From: Anaerolineales bacterium
Lineage (GTDB): Bacteria > Chloroflexota > Anaerolineae > Anaerolineales > E44-bin32
DNA length: 64,000 nucleotides
Reading direction: 5' to 3'
Assembly (NCBI GenBank): GCA_034417075.1
Contig: DAOULU010000006.1
Location: forward strand, 74,283 to 138,282
The stretch's first letter is position 1, and every line of letters begins with the position of its first letter. A program made the position numbers and the translations under genes. Below, piece by piece: positions 26,418 through 36,125 of the stretch. Below the pieces are notes generated by a model. It searched no databases. It saw only the letters and a program-made list of their open reading frames with translations, and had not been told where the DNA came from.

Positions 26418-26432
26418 GATCATGCACTACAC

Positions 26433-26470
26433 GAGCCCGCCAATCGAACGGCGGGCTCGACTTCTTTTTA
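26433..26470 (+). terminator. Rho-independent terminator after the M6 peptidase gene
   Basis: 9-bp stem GAGCCCGCC/GGCGGGCTC followed by GACTTCTTTTTA. Confidence 0.65.
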
Positions 26471-26500
26471 TGCAGCATTTTCGTTATCGACGTAACATTG

Positions 26501-27031
26501 TCAATCCACAGGCACCCAGGGGGAGTCGTCCTGATTCTTGTCTCCCGGCTGTATCGGGATCGGCAGGATTTCCGGTGTGCCATCCTTCCCACAAAGCACG
26601 ATGATACGTCCTTCGTCGCTGTGATAACTGTACACATCCTCGTCGACCTGTAAGATAACCTCATATCCTGAGAAAATCACCTCTGCATAATCCATCCCCT
26701 CTGCAGGGCAACCGAGGCTCGAATCGGACCACTCCACAGCTTCCACGCTCACGACCTGAACGTCATCCTCCGAGACGCCCAATCGCTGTGATAGATCGGA
26801 AACTGATCGGTCAACGACGTACTCCTCACCCCGCATTACCGCCGGGGTATTCGCCATTATTGCGGATGTTTGCTCGGTGGGTTCCGGCGGTTGCGGCGTC
26901 ACAGTGGACTGATCTTGTTCTCCAACCACGGGGACAGGTGCGTTCTCCTCTCCTGCGAAACCCCTCGCCTGGCAGCCCACTATCGTCAGCGAAATAACCA
27001 ACAACACCCCGATGATCTTTCGTTCTTCCAT
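26501..27031 (-). CDS. hypothetical lipoprotein
   Basis: The ATG at 27031 has a GGGAGG RBS. The lipobox is LTIVGC, followed by a Pro/Gln/Thr linker and then a compact two-Cys domain (SSLGCPAEGMDYAEVIFSGYEVILQVDEDVYSYHSDEGRIIVLC). Confidence 0.6.
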   Translation of the reverse strand: MEERKIIGVLLVISLTIVGCQARGFAGEENAPVPVVGEQDQSTVTPQPPEPTEQTSAIMANTPAVMRGEEYVVDRSVSDLSQRLGVSEDDVQVVSVEAVEWSDSSLGCPAEGMDYAEVIFSGYEVILQVDEDVYSYHSDEGRIIVLCGKDGTPEILPIPIQPGDKNQDDSPWVPVD

Positions 27032-27173
27032 TGCAACCTCCCTCATGTATTAGTATATCGATCCGTAATGCTTATGACGACTCTCAGGATCGTTTTGTTC
27101 CTGCGCCTACACAGATCGAATTCAGGATACTTGAACGCACACCGCAAGTGCTTCCCGCATTGCACCCAGGTGT

Positions 27174-28910
27174 TTGCAGATAGGCAATGAAAACGATACC
27201 ATGATCCCGAAAACCCCGCTCAGGATTATAAAAATGGCAGAAGAAATGGATAAAACAGATAGCGGCAACGAGAAGCAGGGGAAGAAACTGAATTTTCGTT
27301 CGCCGCGCACGCTCGGCTTGATCGCGATCATTCTGGGAGTGTCCTTCGAGATCCTCTTCGACGGCCACCCGCCTGGCATCTCTTTTCCCATCTGGACCAC
27401 TGCCTGCTCGCTTGCCCTGATCGGAATGGCACGGAATGAAGGAATCCGGCCGGCTAAACCCGAAAATCTGCTTTGGATCCCCATCCTCGTACTTTCCATA
27501 TTTACTTGTTTTCGACTGGAACCCATGACGGGAATATTGAGCATGTTCGGCGCGCTCTTGATCTTTGGCGTTTGGATATACGCGTTTCGCGTCGGGCAGG
27601 TACTGGAATTTCGCTGGATAGATTTCATCGCTGCCACGATTCGCACTCCACTTGAATCCTTGTTTGGATGGGGACCTGTCGCCGGCGCGGCCGTCCGCCA
27701 AACGGTCGGTGCTCGAGCCACCCGCAGCACACTTGCTGCCATCTTACGAGGGTTCTTACTGGCGCTTCCGGTGTTTCTCATCTTCTTGGGCTTGTTAGTG
27801 AGCGCCGATCTGGTTTTCGCAGATTTTGTCGAGGGCGCATTTAAATGGCTGGACATTGAACGTCTGTGGCAAATCCTGCGGCGATTGGTCGTCGTCCTCA
27901 TTGCTGCGGCATTCTCGCTCGGCGCCCTCGTCATGGCTCTCCGGGAACGGGAAGAAACCATCGCCGGACACACGCAAAAGTCCTCGTCTTCATTTCTGGG
28001 AATCATCGAAGGTTCCGTCATTCTGATCGTGATCGACCTGCTTTTTGGCGCCTTCGTCGTCATCCAATTTGCTTATCTCTTTGGCGGAGAGGCCAACATC
28101 ACCGCGGCCGGCTACAACTACTCCGAATATGCCCGCAGAGGCTTTTTTGAGTTGACTGTGCTAGCGGTGCTGAGCCTGGGATTCATCATCGGCTTGAGCC
28201 GGTGGACGAAACGGGAAAGCATGTCGGAGAAGCACTGGTTTAATGCGCTGAGCACCTGTCTGGTGGTTTTGATGGGCGTCATACTGGCGTCTGCGTTGAA
28301 GCGACTCTTGTTGTACGAAGATGCTTATGGCTTTACTCGCCTGCGCACCTACACCCACGTGGCGATCGGATGGATGGGCGTTATGTTCGCCGTCTTCCTC
28401 GTCCTGCTCTACCGGGCACGCTTGCGCCGCTTTGCCCCCGTCGCCGTACTCGGAGCGCTCGGATTCACACTGACGCTCAATATTCTGAACGTCGATGCCT
28501 TCATCGTGCGGCAGAACGTCAAGCGGTATATCGCTACCGGGAAACTCGAAATCGTCGGAGAAACAAATACGAGGGTCACCGGTCGAAGTGGTAAGCTCGA
28601 TCTGGGTTATCTCTTCGACCTTTCTCCCGACGCCGTTCCCAGCCTGGTCGATTTCGTTGACGAGGCGCGGGGAGATATCCGCACCGAACTCGTCTCCCGT
28701 CTGGCCTGCGAGCGATTCATACTGGATGAGCGTACGGAAAACTTGGGTTGGCCTTCCCTGCACTTTTCCCGGCTACAGGCACAAAGCGCGCTCGGTGGTA
28801 TAGGCGATGTGTTGGACGAATTTCCGATTTTATACGACGGAAACGACCGATGGGTCGTGGAAGTGGATGGCGCATATCAGTACTGCTATCGTGAATATTC
28901 CTGGGATTGA
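27174..28910 (+). CDS. polytopic membrane protein, DUF4153/DUF4173-like
   Basis: 578 aa with about 10 TM helices. The family assignment rests on motifs such as YARRGFFELTVL and YEDAYGFTRLRTYTH, recalled from memory. The start codon is uncertain. Confidence 0.6.
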   Translation: MQIGNENDTMIPKTPLRIIKMAEEMDKTDSGNEKQGKKLNFRSPRTLGLIAIILGVSFEILFDGHPPGISFPIWTTACSLALIGMARNEGIRPAKPENLLWIPILVLSIFTCFRLEPMTGILSMFGALLIFGVWIYAFRVGQVLEFRWIDFIAATIRTPLESLFGWGPVAGAAVRQTVGARATRSTLAAILRGFLLALPVFLIFLGLLVSADLVFADFVEGAFKWLDIERLWQILRRLVVVLIAAAFSLGALVMALREREETIAGHTQKSSSSFLGIIEGSVILIVIDLLFGAFVVIQFAYLFGGEANITAAGYNYSEYARRGFFELTVLAVLSLGFIIGLSRWTKRESMSEKHWFNALSTCLVVLMGVILASALKRLLLYEDAYGFTRLRTYTHVAIGWMGVMFAVFLVLLYRARLRRFAPVAVLGALGFTLTLNILNVDAFIVRQNVKRYIATGKLEIVGETNTRVTGRSGKLDLGYLFDLSPDAVPSLVDFVDEARGDIRTELVSRLACERFILDERTENLGWPSLHFSRLQAQSALGGIGDVLDEFPILYDGNDRWVVEVDGAYQYCYREYSWD

Positions 28911-28946
28911 ACCGGATAAATCCAACCCAATGTAGTTACCCACGAA

Positions 28947-28971
28947 GGCCTCCTGGTTGAACCGGGAGGCC
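28947..28971. terminator. hairpin between convergent genes
   Basis: Stem GGCCTCC/GGAGGCC with loop TGGTTGAACCG. A GTAG lies 11 nt upstream on the plus strand. Confidence 0.4.
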
Positions 28972-28997
28972 GATGATTTACAGGTCCCCTGATGGAG

Positions 28998-29564
28998 TTA
29001 CTTTTCACCAACAATCCACACCGTAGCTCCATCGCGATTTATGCTCGTCTTCGCGCCGAATGCTTCCAACTGTATGGCGATCTTCTCCGCCAGCACGAAA
29101 TGGCTGCGGAACAGGGCGAGTTTCTCCGCCAAGGCGAGCAGCTTCACGCCGAAGCGGCGGATGTCCGGCTCTTCGATGACCAGCCGTCCACCGGGCGCAA
29201 GAACGCGCCAGAACTCTTGCAGACTGAGATCCTGATCCAGTAAATGGTGATAGGCATCGACAACAATCACCCGTTCGAAGCTCGCATCCGCGAACGCCAG
29301 TTTCTCGGTCTCAGAACCCACGGCACAGCACAGACCATCCTTTTGCCGGGTTTGACGCAGCATTTTGATGGACACGTCGCTGATCACCACCATGCCTGCC
29401 CGATCAACGAGTTGCTGGGCGATGCGTCCCGTCCCGCCCGCAGCGTCGAGCAAGCGACCGGCGACAGGCAAGCCGGCAACCTGCGCTAGCTCATCGTTCT
29501 CCGGAATGCGGATCAAACGATCGTAAAGGGGTGCGAGGATGTCGAAATGATCGAATATCGGCAT
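28998..29564 (-). CDS. class I SAM-dependent methyltransferase
   Basis: 188 aa from the ATG at 29564 (MPIFDHFDILAPLYDRLI) with motif I LLDAAGGTGRIA. The 378-aa track ORF extends spuriously, antisense to the GNAT gene. Confidence 0.8.
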   Translation of the reverse strand: MPIFDHFDILAPLYDRLIRIPENDELAQVAGLPVAGRLLDAAGGTGRIAQQLVDRAGMVVISDVSIKMLRQTRQKDGLCCAVGSETEKLAFADASFERVIVVDAYHHLLDQDLSLQEFWRVLAPGGRLVIEEPDIRRFGVKLLALAEKLALFRSHFVLAEKIAIQLEAFGAKTSINRDGATVWIVGEK

Positions 29565-29651
29565 ACAGACTCCGATGCAGATTATAATGGGATATCTTAC
29601 CATCCAGAACGTGCGGACGCGTAGCCGAATTACGCTCGCGAACGGGAAAAG

Positions 29652-30152
29652 ATGTCGAACATTTGCATCCGGAATAAAACGGAAGAGGACCAGGCCTGGT
29701 GCAGCGGTTTGCTTCGCGACCATTGGGGGTCGACGCGAGTCGTCAGCCGCGGCCGTCTTCACCACGCCGATACGCTCCCGGGATTGATCGCCGAACTGCA
29801 AGGCGAACCCGTCGGCCTGCTGACTTACCGCTTCGAAAACGCAGAATGCGAAATCGTCACGCTCAACAGCTTGCTGGAGCAACACGGCGTCGCCACGGCG
29901 CTGCTGAATTTTGTCACCGAGGAAGCCGTTCGAAACGGATGCCGCCGGCTGTGGCTGATCACCACGAACGACAACATCCCCGCTTTGCGCTTCTATCTGA
30001 AGCAAGAATTCACGCTGGCCGCGGTCCATCCGAATTCCGTACAGAAAGCGAGAAGACTCAAACCGGAGATCCCCGAACTCGGTTGGGAAGACATCCCCAT
30101 CCGGGACGAGATCGAGTTCGAAAAATCGCTCCAACCCTCCGGCGGTGCATAG
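29652..30152 (+). CDS. GNAT family N-acetyltransferase
   Basis: 166 aa with a QHGVATALLNFVTEEAVRNG (R/Q-x-x-G-x-A type) acetyl-CoA motif and NIPALRFYLKQEF. Confidence 0.8.
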   Translation: MSNICIRNKTEEDQAWCSGLLRDHWGSTRVVSRGRLHHADTLPGLIAELQGEPVGLLTYRFENAECEIVTLNSLLEQHGVATALLNFVTEEAVRNGCRRLWLITTNDNIPALRFYLKQEFTLAAVHPNSVQKARRLKPEIPELGWEDIPIRDEIEFEKSLQPSGGA

Positions 30153-30300
30153 GGCGACTCTTCCGGCCGTATTCGTGTGTCATCTTGGCGAGTTTATGGT
30201 ACGATGCTGTGTTGAACGATCGGCCGGAGACGACGCAGTTGGCCGCTCCGCACGAAAATTACCAGCCAGACGGTAATCGAAACGACACGAGCATAAGTTC

Positions 30301-31080
30301 ATGCGAATCACGCGTTTTCGACAAACACTCAAATCACCTATTCTCTGGGGCTGGGTCGCCGACGAGCGCATCGGCATCCTCGATGGCCAACCGTTCGACG
30401 AGTTTCGCCGCGAGGAAGCTACGCTGGCGATCGACTCCGTCCACTTGCTTCCCCCAATTTCTCCAGGGAAGATCGTGTGTGTGGGCCGTAACTACGTCGC
30501 CCATGCCGAAGAGCACGATGCCGAAGTGCCCGATCTGCCCCTGCTCTTTCTCAAGCCACCATCATCCGTCATCGGACCCGGTGAACCCATCGTATTGCCC
30601 CCACAATCGAACCAGGTCGAACACGAAGCGGAACTCGCCGTCGTCATCTCACAGCGAGGCCGCTGGATCCGTGCAGAAGAAGCCAGCGATTTCATCCTCG
30701 GCTATACGGCGGCGAACGACGTGACCGCGCGGGACCTGCAGCAGCGCGATGGACAATGGACGCGCAGCAAGGGTTTCGACACCTTCTGTCCGCTTGGTCC
30801 CTGGATCGAGACGGATCTCGACCCCTCGGACGTGTTAATCACTTGTTCGGTGAACGGACAGATGCGCCAGATGGCGTCTACGCGAGACATGGTTTTCACC
30901 GTTCCTCAACTCATCGCCTTCATCTCCTCGATCATGACCCTCATGCCCGGGGACTTGATTCTCATGGGAACCCCCGCCGGAGTCGGAATCCTTGGCGACG
31001 GTGACGAGGTGACCGTAGACATCGAAGGAATCGGTACGCTGCGGAACCCGGTCCGCAGACAACCAACAGAAGAAGGCTAA
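30301..31080 (+). CDS. fumarylacetoacetate hydrolase (FAH) family protein
   Basis: Motifs [34 protein letters not shown] and TGTPAGVG-like MGTPAGVG. Confidence 0.88.
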   Translation: MRITRFRQTLKSPILWGWVADERIGILDGQPFDEFRREEATLAIDSVHLLPPISPGKIVCVGRNYVAHAEEHDAEVPDLPLLFLKPPSSVIGPGEPIVLPPQSNQVEHEAELAVVISQRGRWIRAEEASDFILGYTAANDVTARDLQQRDGQWTRSKGFDTFCPLGPWIETDLDPSDVLITCSVNGQMRQMASTRDMVFTVPQLIAFISSIMTLMPGDLILMGTPAGVGILGDGDEVTVDIEGIGTLRNPVRRQPTEEG

Positions 31081-31105
31081 TCCACCCACACTCAGGAGGC
31101 GTTAC

Positions 31106-31660
31106 ATGGGGCTCAAACCCGATCATTGGATTGCGAAAATGGCTCGTGAAGAAAAGATGATCGACCCCTTTGCCGCGGAGCAAGTGCGCGATGGCGTCAT
31201 TTCGTACGGAGTCTCGTCTTACGGATACGATATTCGCGTGGCAGACGAGTTCAAGATTTTTACCAACGTGTATTCAGCCATCGTCGATCCAAAACAATTC
31301 GACAAGTCGTCCATGGTCGATCTAAAATCAGATGTCTGCATCATTCCCCCGAATTCGTTTGCGCTGGCACGCACCGTGGAGTACTTTCGCATTCCCCGGG
31401 GTGTGCTCACGATCTGTGTGGGTAAATCGACCTACGCGCGCTGTGGCATCATTGTGAATGTGACCCCCTTCGAACCCGAATGGGAAGGCTTCGTCACACT
31501 TGAGATTTCCAACACCACCCCACTCCCGGCGAAGATTTACGCCAACGAAGGCATCGCCCAGGTGCTTTTCTTTGAAGCCGACGATGAATGCCTCCAATCC
31601 TACGCGGATAAAAAGGGGAAGTATCAAAAGCAGAAGAAAATCGTGCTTCCTCGGATGTAA
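31106..31660 (+). CDS. dcd: dCTP deaminase
   Basis: 184 aa. The N-terminus LKPDHWI...[13 protein letters not shown] and the [18 protein letters not shown]-like catalytic region are colinear with Dcd. Confidence 0.9.
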   Translation: MGLKPDHWIAKMAREEKMIDPFAAEQVRDGVISYGVSSYGYDIRVADEFKIFTNVYSAIVDPKQFDKSSMVDLKSDVCIIPPNSFALARTVEYFRIPRGVLTICVGKSTYARCGIIVNVTPFEPEWEGFVTLEISNTTPLPAKIYANEGIAQVLFFEADDECLQSYADKKGKYQKQKKIVLPRM

Positions 31661-31713
31661 CCCTCGCAATCTGGTGTCGAGAGCATTCGGGTGCGTTTGC
31701 GCTGCAACGAACG

Positions 31714-31745
31714 AGCCGCCGGGATTAAAACCGGCGGCTTTTATA
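31714..31745. terminator. bidirectional Rho-independent terminator (dcd / aminopeptidase convergent pair)
   Basis: 9-bp stem AGCCGCCGG/CCGGCGGCT followed by TTTTAT on the plus strand. Confidence 0.6.
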
Positions 31746-31765
31746 CTTCTCTCCAGGTGAATTCT

Positions 31766-32890
31766 CTAGATTTGGAATTCTCCGGATCGGTAGAACAGCT
31801 CCCCATCGACGACGATCTCTCCACCGTCTCGCATGTCGCAAATCATGTCCCAATGGATGGCGCTCTCGTTGCTCGATCCTGTCTCTGGATATCCGGCGCC
31901 GAGCGCCATGTGGATCGTTCCGCCAATTTTCTCGTCGAAGAGAATACTCTTGATGAAGCGATTGATGCGCTTGTTGGTTCCCACCGCGAATTCGCCCACG
32001 TATTTCGCGCCGGCGTCGGTCTCCAGCATGCGCAGAAGAAAATCCTCGTTCTTCTCCGCGCTGGCCTTCACCACTTTACCGGATTCAAAATGCAGCTCGA
32101 CCCCAGCGACCTCCCGGCCACTGTATATCGCCGGATAGGAAAATCGAATCCAACCGTTCAGTGAATCCTCCACCGGTCCGGTGAATATTTCCCCACTGGG
32201 CATGTTGTGTGTACCGTCGGAATTAATGAACTTGCGGTCCTCGATCGAAAGATTGAGCTCCACGTTTGGACCTCGCACTTCGACATTGCGCTTGCCTTCC
32301 AACCAATCCACCAAACGCTGCTGCTCGTCGTGCACGGCTTGCCACGCCGCGACTGGGTCATCCTGATCGGCGAAGGTGGTGCCGTAGACGAAATCCTCAA
32401 ACTCGGAAAGATTCATGTCCGCGTCTTGGGCGTACGCTTCGGTTGGGAAGAGAGTGATCACCCAACGCAAATCTCCGGACGCCGAACGCTGCATGAAGAT
32501 ATTCGTCAGTTCGCTGTGTGCCTTCGAACGCAGGCTTTGCTTGGCCGGATCGACGCTGCTCAGGACGCGTGTGTTTGAAGAACTCTCGACGATGATCATT
32601 ACGTCGAACTCCGAGCGGACGATCTTTTCAAAGCGGTTCACGTGCTGCATATGATCGTCGTTCCCTTCCGTGAAGAGGATGTAAGCCAGGTCTTCGACTT
32701 CGACATGGGAACGCAATAGCCCAAGCAGGACGTATGGATAAGCGCCAGCACGGATGACTTCACGGTAGATTTCCCGAACCAGCGGAAGCCCCGCCGGCTG
32801 GTGGAAAATCGCCACATGTTCCTTCGGTCGCACCTTGGTCGAATACTGCACCAGAGTTTTCGCCAGATTCACCACGCGCGCATCGGCCAT
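31766..32890 (-). CDS. M29-family aminopeptidase (AmpS/PepS-like)
   Basis: Motifs NMPSGEIFTGP, HMALG and AIHWDMI. I prefer the ATG at 32890 (MADARVVNLAK). Confidence 0.85.
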   Translation of the reverse strand: MADARVVNLAKTLVQYSTKVRPKEHVAIFHQPAGLPLVREIYREVIRAGAYPYVLLGLLRSHVEVEDLAYILFTEGNDDHMQHVNRFEKIVRSEFDVMIIVESSSNTRVLSSVDPAKQSLRSKAHSELTNIFMQRSASGDLRWVITLFPTEAYAQDADMNLSEFEDFVYGTTFADQDDPVAAWQAVHDEQQRLVDWLEGKRNVEVRGPNVELNLSIEDRKFINSDGTHNMPSGEIFTGPVEDSLNGWIRFSYPAIYSGREVAGVELHFESGKVVKASAEKNEDFLLRMLETDAGAKYVGEFAVGTNKRINRFIKSILFDEKIGGTIHMALGAGYPETGSSNESAIHWDMICDMRDGGEIVVDGELFYRSGEFQI

Positions 32891-32977
32891 GGGACACATC
32901 CTTTCTTCTCTATATTTATCTTGATTATAACAATGGGACCGGTGTATGGAAGTGGCGACATGCATTTTCGAAGCAAC

Positions 32978-33014
32978 CTGTAGGTTGGGTTGAAAGGATC
33001 CGAAACCCTACATC
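32978..33014 (+). repeat. REP-like hairpin repeat, diverged copy 3 (CTGTAGGTTGGGTTGAAAGGATCCGAAACCCTACATC)
   Basis: It shares GTAGGTTGGGTTGA...CCGAAACCC.ACATC with the copies at 9745 and 10021. Confidence 0.65.
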
Positions 33015-33089
33015 TCGCCGCTACGAGCGAGGGCGCTTGTAAGATCGGCTTTGAAACCCGGCCCTACCTCGCGAATTACCTTGTTTCAA

Positions 33090-33117
33090 GTGGGCGCACA
33101 TATCGACGCGTCCCTAC
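33090..33117 (-). repeat. GTAG-headed hairpin (minus strand: GTAGGGACGCGTCGATATGTGCGCCCAC)
   Basis: A GTAG head followed by an imperfect GC stem GGG(A)CGC/GCGCCC. It lies in the same intergenic region as copy 3. Confidence 0.4.
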
Positions 33118-33191
33118 GTTGATGAATTTGATTCCATGGATGGGGTATCTGCAGCTGACAATATCGAAGGATCTCTAAAGACGTTTGGGAT

Positions 33192-34733
33192 TCAATGCCA
33201 CGCGCCTTTCAGCGTGCAGCCGGCGTCAAATTCGAGGGCGAGCAGGTAATCCGCCTGTGCAGCATCTCCCCAATAGAAGTTGAGCGCGATGACAACCACC
33301 TGGTTCTGGGGAATGGTCTTGTTGGCACTCGCCGACATCTCGAGAACGCTGCCGTTCTGCAGGTCGTCCAACCCGATTTTCCCCTGCCAGAGAATGTCTT
33401 CCCCAAAACGAATGTGCTGCAGCACACCCTTCACCGCTGCGTCCCAACTCAACTCCCGAACACCTACGAGGTTCACACTTCGGCCGCTCTGATTGTCGAC
33501 GATCCACTCGGTGTCGTTTCCCTGCTCCCCTAGATATTGAAGCCGTAGGCCGGGGCAAGCGTCCGAGGTTACCGGCTCTGGCGTAGGAGATGCGGCGAGA
33601 ACGATAACCTGCTCCGTCGCAGTGGGTGGAATATCGATCACGGCTTCCGTCGGGGATGGCGTCGAAGTCACCATGGCGGCCGTTCCGAACCCGGAAAAAT
33701 AATCCCGCAGCAGCAGTGTTGCCGCAACCCCGGCGAAGATCACCAGCGTCAGTGGTACGATCCAAAGCGAGCTTCGCCGCTGCGTGACCGTGGGAGATGC
33801 GGCCGACGATGCGGTCTGCAGATCGCCAACGCCCGTCTGGTTCACGACGTCGAGTGCCAATCTAACTTGCGGAGAAGTCTCTGGGGGCAATCTAAATTGC
33901 GGAAGCGGTTTCCCGTCCAACGCAGCCAGGTAGGCTTCCTTCATGAGGCGAATGCTCGGAAATCGGTCTTCGCGTCGTTTGGCCAGGGATTTGAGAATCA
34001 CCCGTTCCTCGTCCGGCGGAATCTGTGGATTGAAGCGTCTCGGGCGGGGAACCGGTTCGTTGATGTGGGCCAGGACGCTCGCCATGGGTTTATCGGATTC
34101 GAAGGGCAGCCGCCCGGTGGCCATGCGGTAGAGCACGACGCCCAACGAATACTGATCGGAACGGGCATCGATTTTCTCCCCGCGCCCCTGTTCGGGGGAG
34201 ATGTAAGCCGGAGTGCCCATCAACATCGACCCCGTGAGCGTGTCCGAACCCTCGATTTGGCGCGCCAGACCGAAATCGGTCAGCAAGGCGTTGCCCTTCT
34301 CGTCGATCATCACATTGGAAGGCTTGATGTCGCGGTGGATGATGCCCTTGTCGTGCGCCAGCGACAGTGCGTCGGAGATCTGCTGCACCCATCGCTTACA
34401 TTCTTCCTTGGAGATGCTGCCCAACTCCATGCGATCCTGCAGCGTCTCGCCGCGGACGAAGGGCATGACGAGATATATATAACCCTGCGTTTGGCCGTAA
34501 TCGATGACCGGGACGATGGAGGGATGCGTGAGATGCTGCTTGACCAACTGCGCCTCCCGGCGAAAGCGCTTCAAGAACATGCGATCGGCGCTCATCGCCG
34601 GGGACAATACTTTTAGAGCCACCTCGCGCATGCTGCGCGTGTCGACGGCTCGATAGACCGTCGCCATGCCGCCCTGGCCGACGCGCTCGCGAAGATGGTA
34701 GTGATCGAGCATCTTTCCAACCAACACGCTCAT
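33192..34733 (-). CDS. Ser/Thr protein kinase with TM helix and C-terminal extracellular domain
   Basis: Hanks kinase motifs GQGGMATVYRA, HRDIKPSN, DFGLA and GTPAYISPE. One TM helix (LWIVPLTLVIFAGVAATLLL). I prefer the ATG at 34733, which has a GAGGTGG RBS. Confidence 0.9.
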   Translation of the reverse strand: MSVLVGKMLDHYHLRERVGQGGMATVYRAVDTRSMREVALKVLSPAMSADRMFLKRFRREAQLVKQHLTHPSIVPVIDYGQTQGYIYLVMPFVRGETLQDRMELGSISKEECKRWVQQISDALSLAHDKGIIHRDIKPSNVMIDEKGNALLTDFGLARQIEGSDTLTGSMLMGTPAYISPEQGRGEKIDARSDQYSLGVVLYRMATGRLPFESDKPMASVLAHINEPVPRPRRFNPQIPPDEERVILKSLAKRREDRFPSIRLMKEAYLAALDGKPLPQFRLPPETSPQVRLALDVVNQTGVGDLQTASSAASPTVTQRRSSLWIVPLTLVIFAGVAATLLLRDYFSGFGTAAMVTSTPSPTEAVIDIPPTATEQVIVLAASPTPEPVTSDACPGLRLQYLGEQGNDTEWIVDNQSGRSVNLVGVRELSWDAAVKGVLQHIRFGEDILWQGKIGLDDLQNGSVLEMSASANKTIPQNQVVVIALNFYWGDAAQADYLLALEFDAGCTLKGAWH

Positions 34734-35009
34734 AAAGCCACCTCTATAAAGGGGTTCGATGCACTTAACAACCAAGTGTTTACACTACACGGACATTTGT
34801 GTCAAGCGGACCGAGATCGCGAAGGGGAAACACCGTCGCAGCTCCTTTTATGATCCCTGCGTAGTTTCCCGATCGACTTTCGATCCGAGCCTACAGTCCG
34901 GGAGAACGGTTCGCTGTAAAAGCAAGATTAACGCAACCCTTGAGGGCATACATCACGCAGGTTATCATCATTCGAATTCCGGTGGAGGCACACTTCGATA
35001 GGTGATCCG

Positions 35010-35717
35010 ATGAAGACAACTGCACGGGCGGAATGGTTTGCCGGAGTACGGGCGCAGCTCCCCATCCTTCTCGGCGTCGTGCCGTTCGGTGTGATCTTTG
35101 GCGCCCTGGCGCTCTCCGCCGGTATCCCGCCATTGGAAACCCAGGCGTTGTCGCTCTTCGTCTTTGCTGGCAGCGCACAGTTCATCTCCGCTGTATTGAT
35201 CGCAGAGGGCACCCCGGCCCTCATCGTGGTACTCACCATTTTTGTCGTCAATCTGCGCCACGCATTGTACAGCGCCAGTATCTCCCCGTACACGCAGCAT
35301 CTCTCCAAACGCTGGAAAGCGGTTCTCGCCTGGCTGCTCACGGATGAAGCCTTCGTTGTCGCCTCCGTGCGCTATCGAGAACGTCACAACGCACATTCTC
35401 ATTGGTATACCTTGGGGACGGGGTTGACCCTGTGGGCGGCCTGGCAAGCGAGCACGACCGTCGGAATTGCGCTCGGTACGGTGATTCCGGAAAACAGCTT
35501 GCTCGATTTCGCCCTGCCGCTGACGTTCGTCGCCCTGCTCGTGCCGCTGTTGATCGACCGTCCGACCTGGATTGCGGCCGTGGTCTCCGGATGTTCGGCG
35601 GTCATCCTTTCCGGACTGCCGTACAAGCTCTGGATTCTGATCGCCGCTCTGCTTGGCGTAGCCGCCGGCATGCTCGCCGAAATGCGGCTGGCACGAGATG
35701 AGGACCCCTCGCCATGA
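35010..35717 (+). CDS. azlC: AzlC-family branched-chain amino acid transport protein
   Basis: 235 aa. The motifs GVVPFGVIFGALA and SLFVFAGSAQF are typical of AzlC. Confidence 0.85.
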   Translation: MKTTARAEWFAGVRAQLPILLGVVPFGVIFGALALSAGIPPLETQALSLFVFAGSAQFISAVLIAEGTPALIVVLTIFVVNLRHALYSASISPYTQHLSKRWKAVLAWLLTDEAFVVASVRYRERHNAHSHWYTLGTGLTLWAAWQASTTVGIALGTVIPENSLLDFALPLTFVALLVPLLIDRPTWIAAVVSGCSAVILSGLPYKLWILIAALLGVAAGMLAEMRLARDEDPSP

Positions 35718-36043
35718 AACCCATTAGCACGTTCTACCTCTGGACGATCATCATCGGCGGCATGCTGGTCACCTACGCCACGAGACTCTCCTTCATCTTG
35801 CTGATCCCGCAGGAACGCGTGCCGGCGTTGATGAAACGAGCCCTGCGCTACGTGCCGCCCGCCGTTCTGGCCACACTGATTCTCCCGGATTTGCTCTTAT
35901 CGGACGGCAGCCTGCAATTCAGCCTACAGAATGATCGCCTGCTTGCCGGCGTTCTGGCCGCGTTCGTATCCTGGCGGACGAAGAACACCTGGCTCACCAT
36001 CGGCGTCGGCATGGGCACGCTGTGGCTGCTCACTTCGTTATAG
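35714..36043 (+). CDS. azlD: AzlD domain-containing protein
   Basis: 109 aa with 4 TM helices. Its start overlaps the azlC stop (ATGA). Confidence 0.8.
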   Translation: MKPISTFYLWTIIIGGMLVTYATRLSFILLIPQERVPALMKRALRYVPPAVLATLILPDLLLSDGSLQFSLQNDRLLAGVLAAFVSWRTKNTWLTIGVGMGTLWLLTSL

Positions 36044-36125
36044 CTAGGTTGTCTCTGCTATGAATAGAAAATGCTCCGTCGGCCAACCGAGCATCGATAA
36101 CTGACGTTGGACGCGGATCACCGGC

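Noticed and set aside
24429-26423. A 664-aa ORF on the minus strand, almost exactly antisense to the whole M6 peptidase gene.
   Set aside because: Its composition is the typical antisense shadow of an Asp/Glu/Tyr-rich gene (Val/Gly/Arg/Phe-rich, no motifs, no signal, no RBS). The plus-strand frame has an HExxH active site, a signal peptide and a strong RBS. The long stop-free antisense frame is best explained by codon bias.
27084-28763. Minus-strand ORFs of 205, 313 and 200 aa over the DUF4153-like membrane-protein gene.
   Set aside because: They are antisense shadows. The plus-strand frame encodes a coherent polytopic membrane protein.
29565-30134. N-terminal 190-aa extension of track ORF 28998-30134 (minus), and the 341-aa ORF 29699-30724 (plus).
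   Set aside because: Both run antisense to or out of frame with well-supported genes (GNAT 29652-30152, FAH 30301-31080). Both have Arg/Pro/Ser-rich junk composition. The methyltransferase clearly starts at MPIFDHF (29564).
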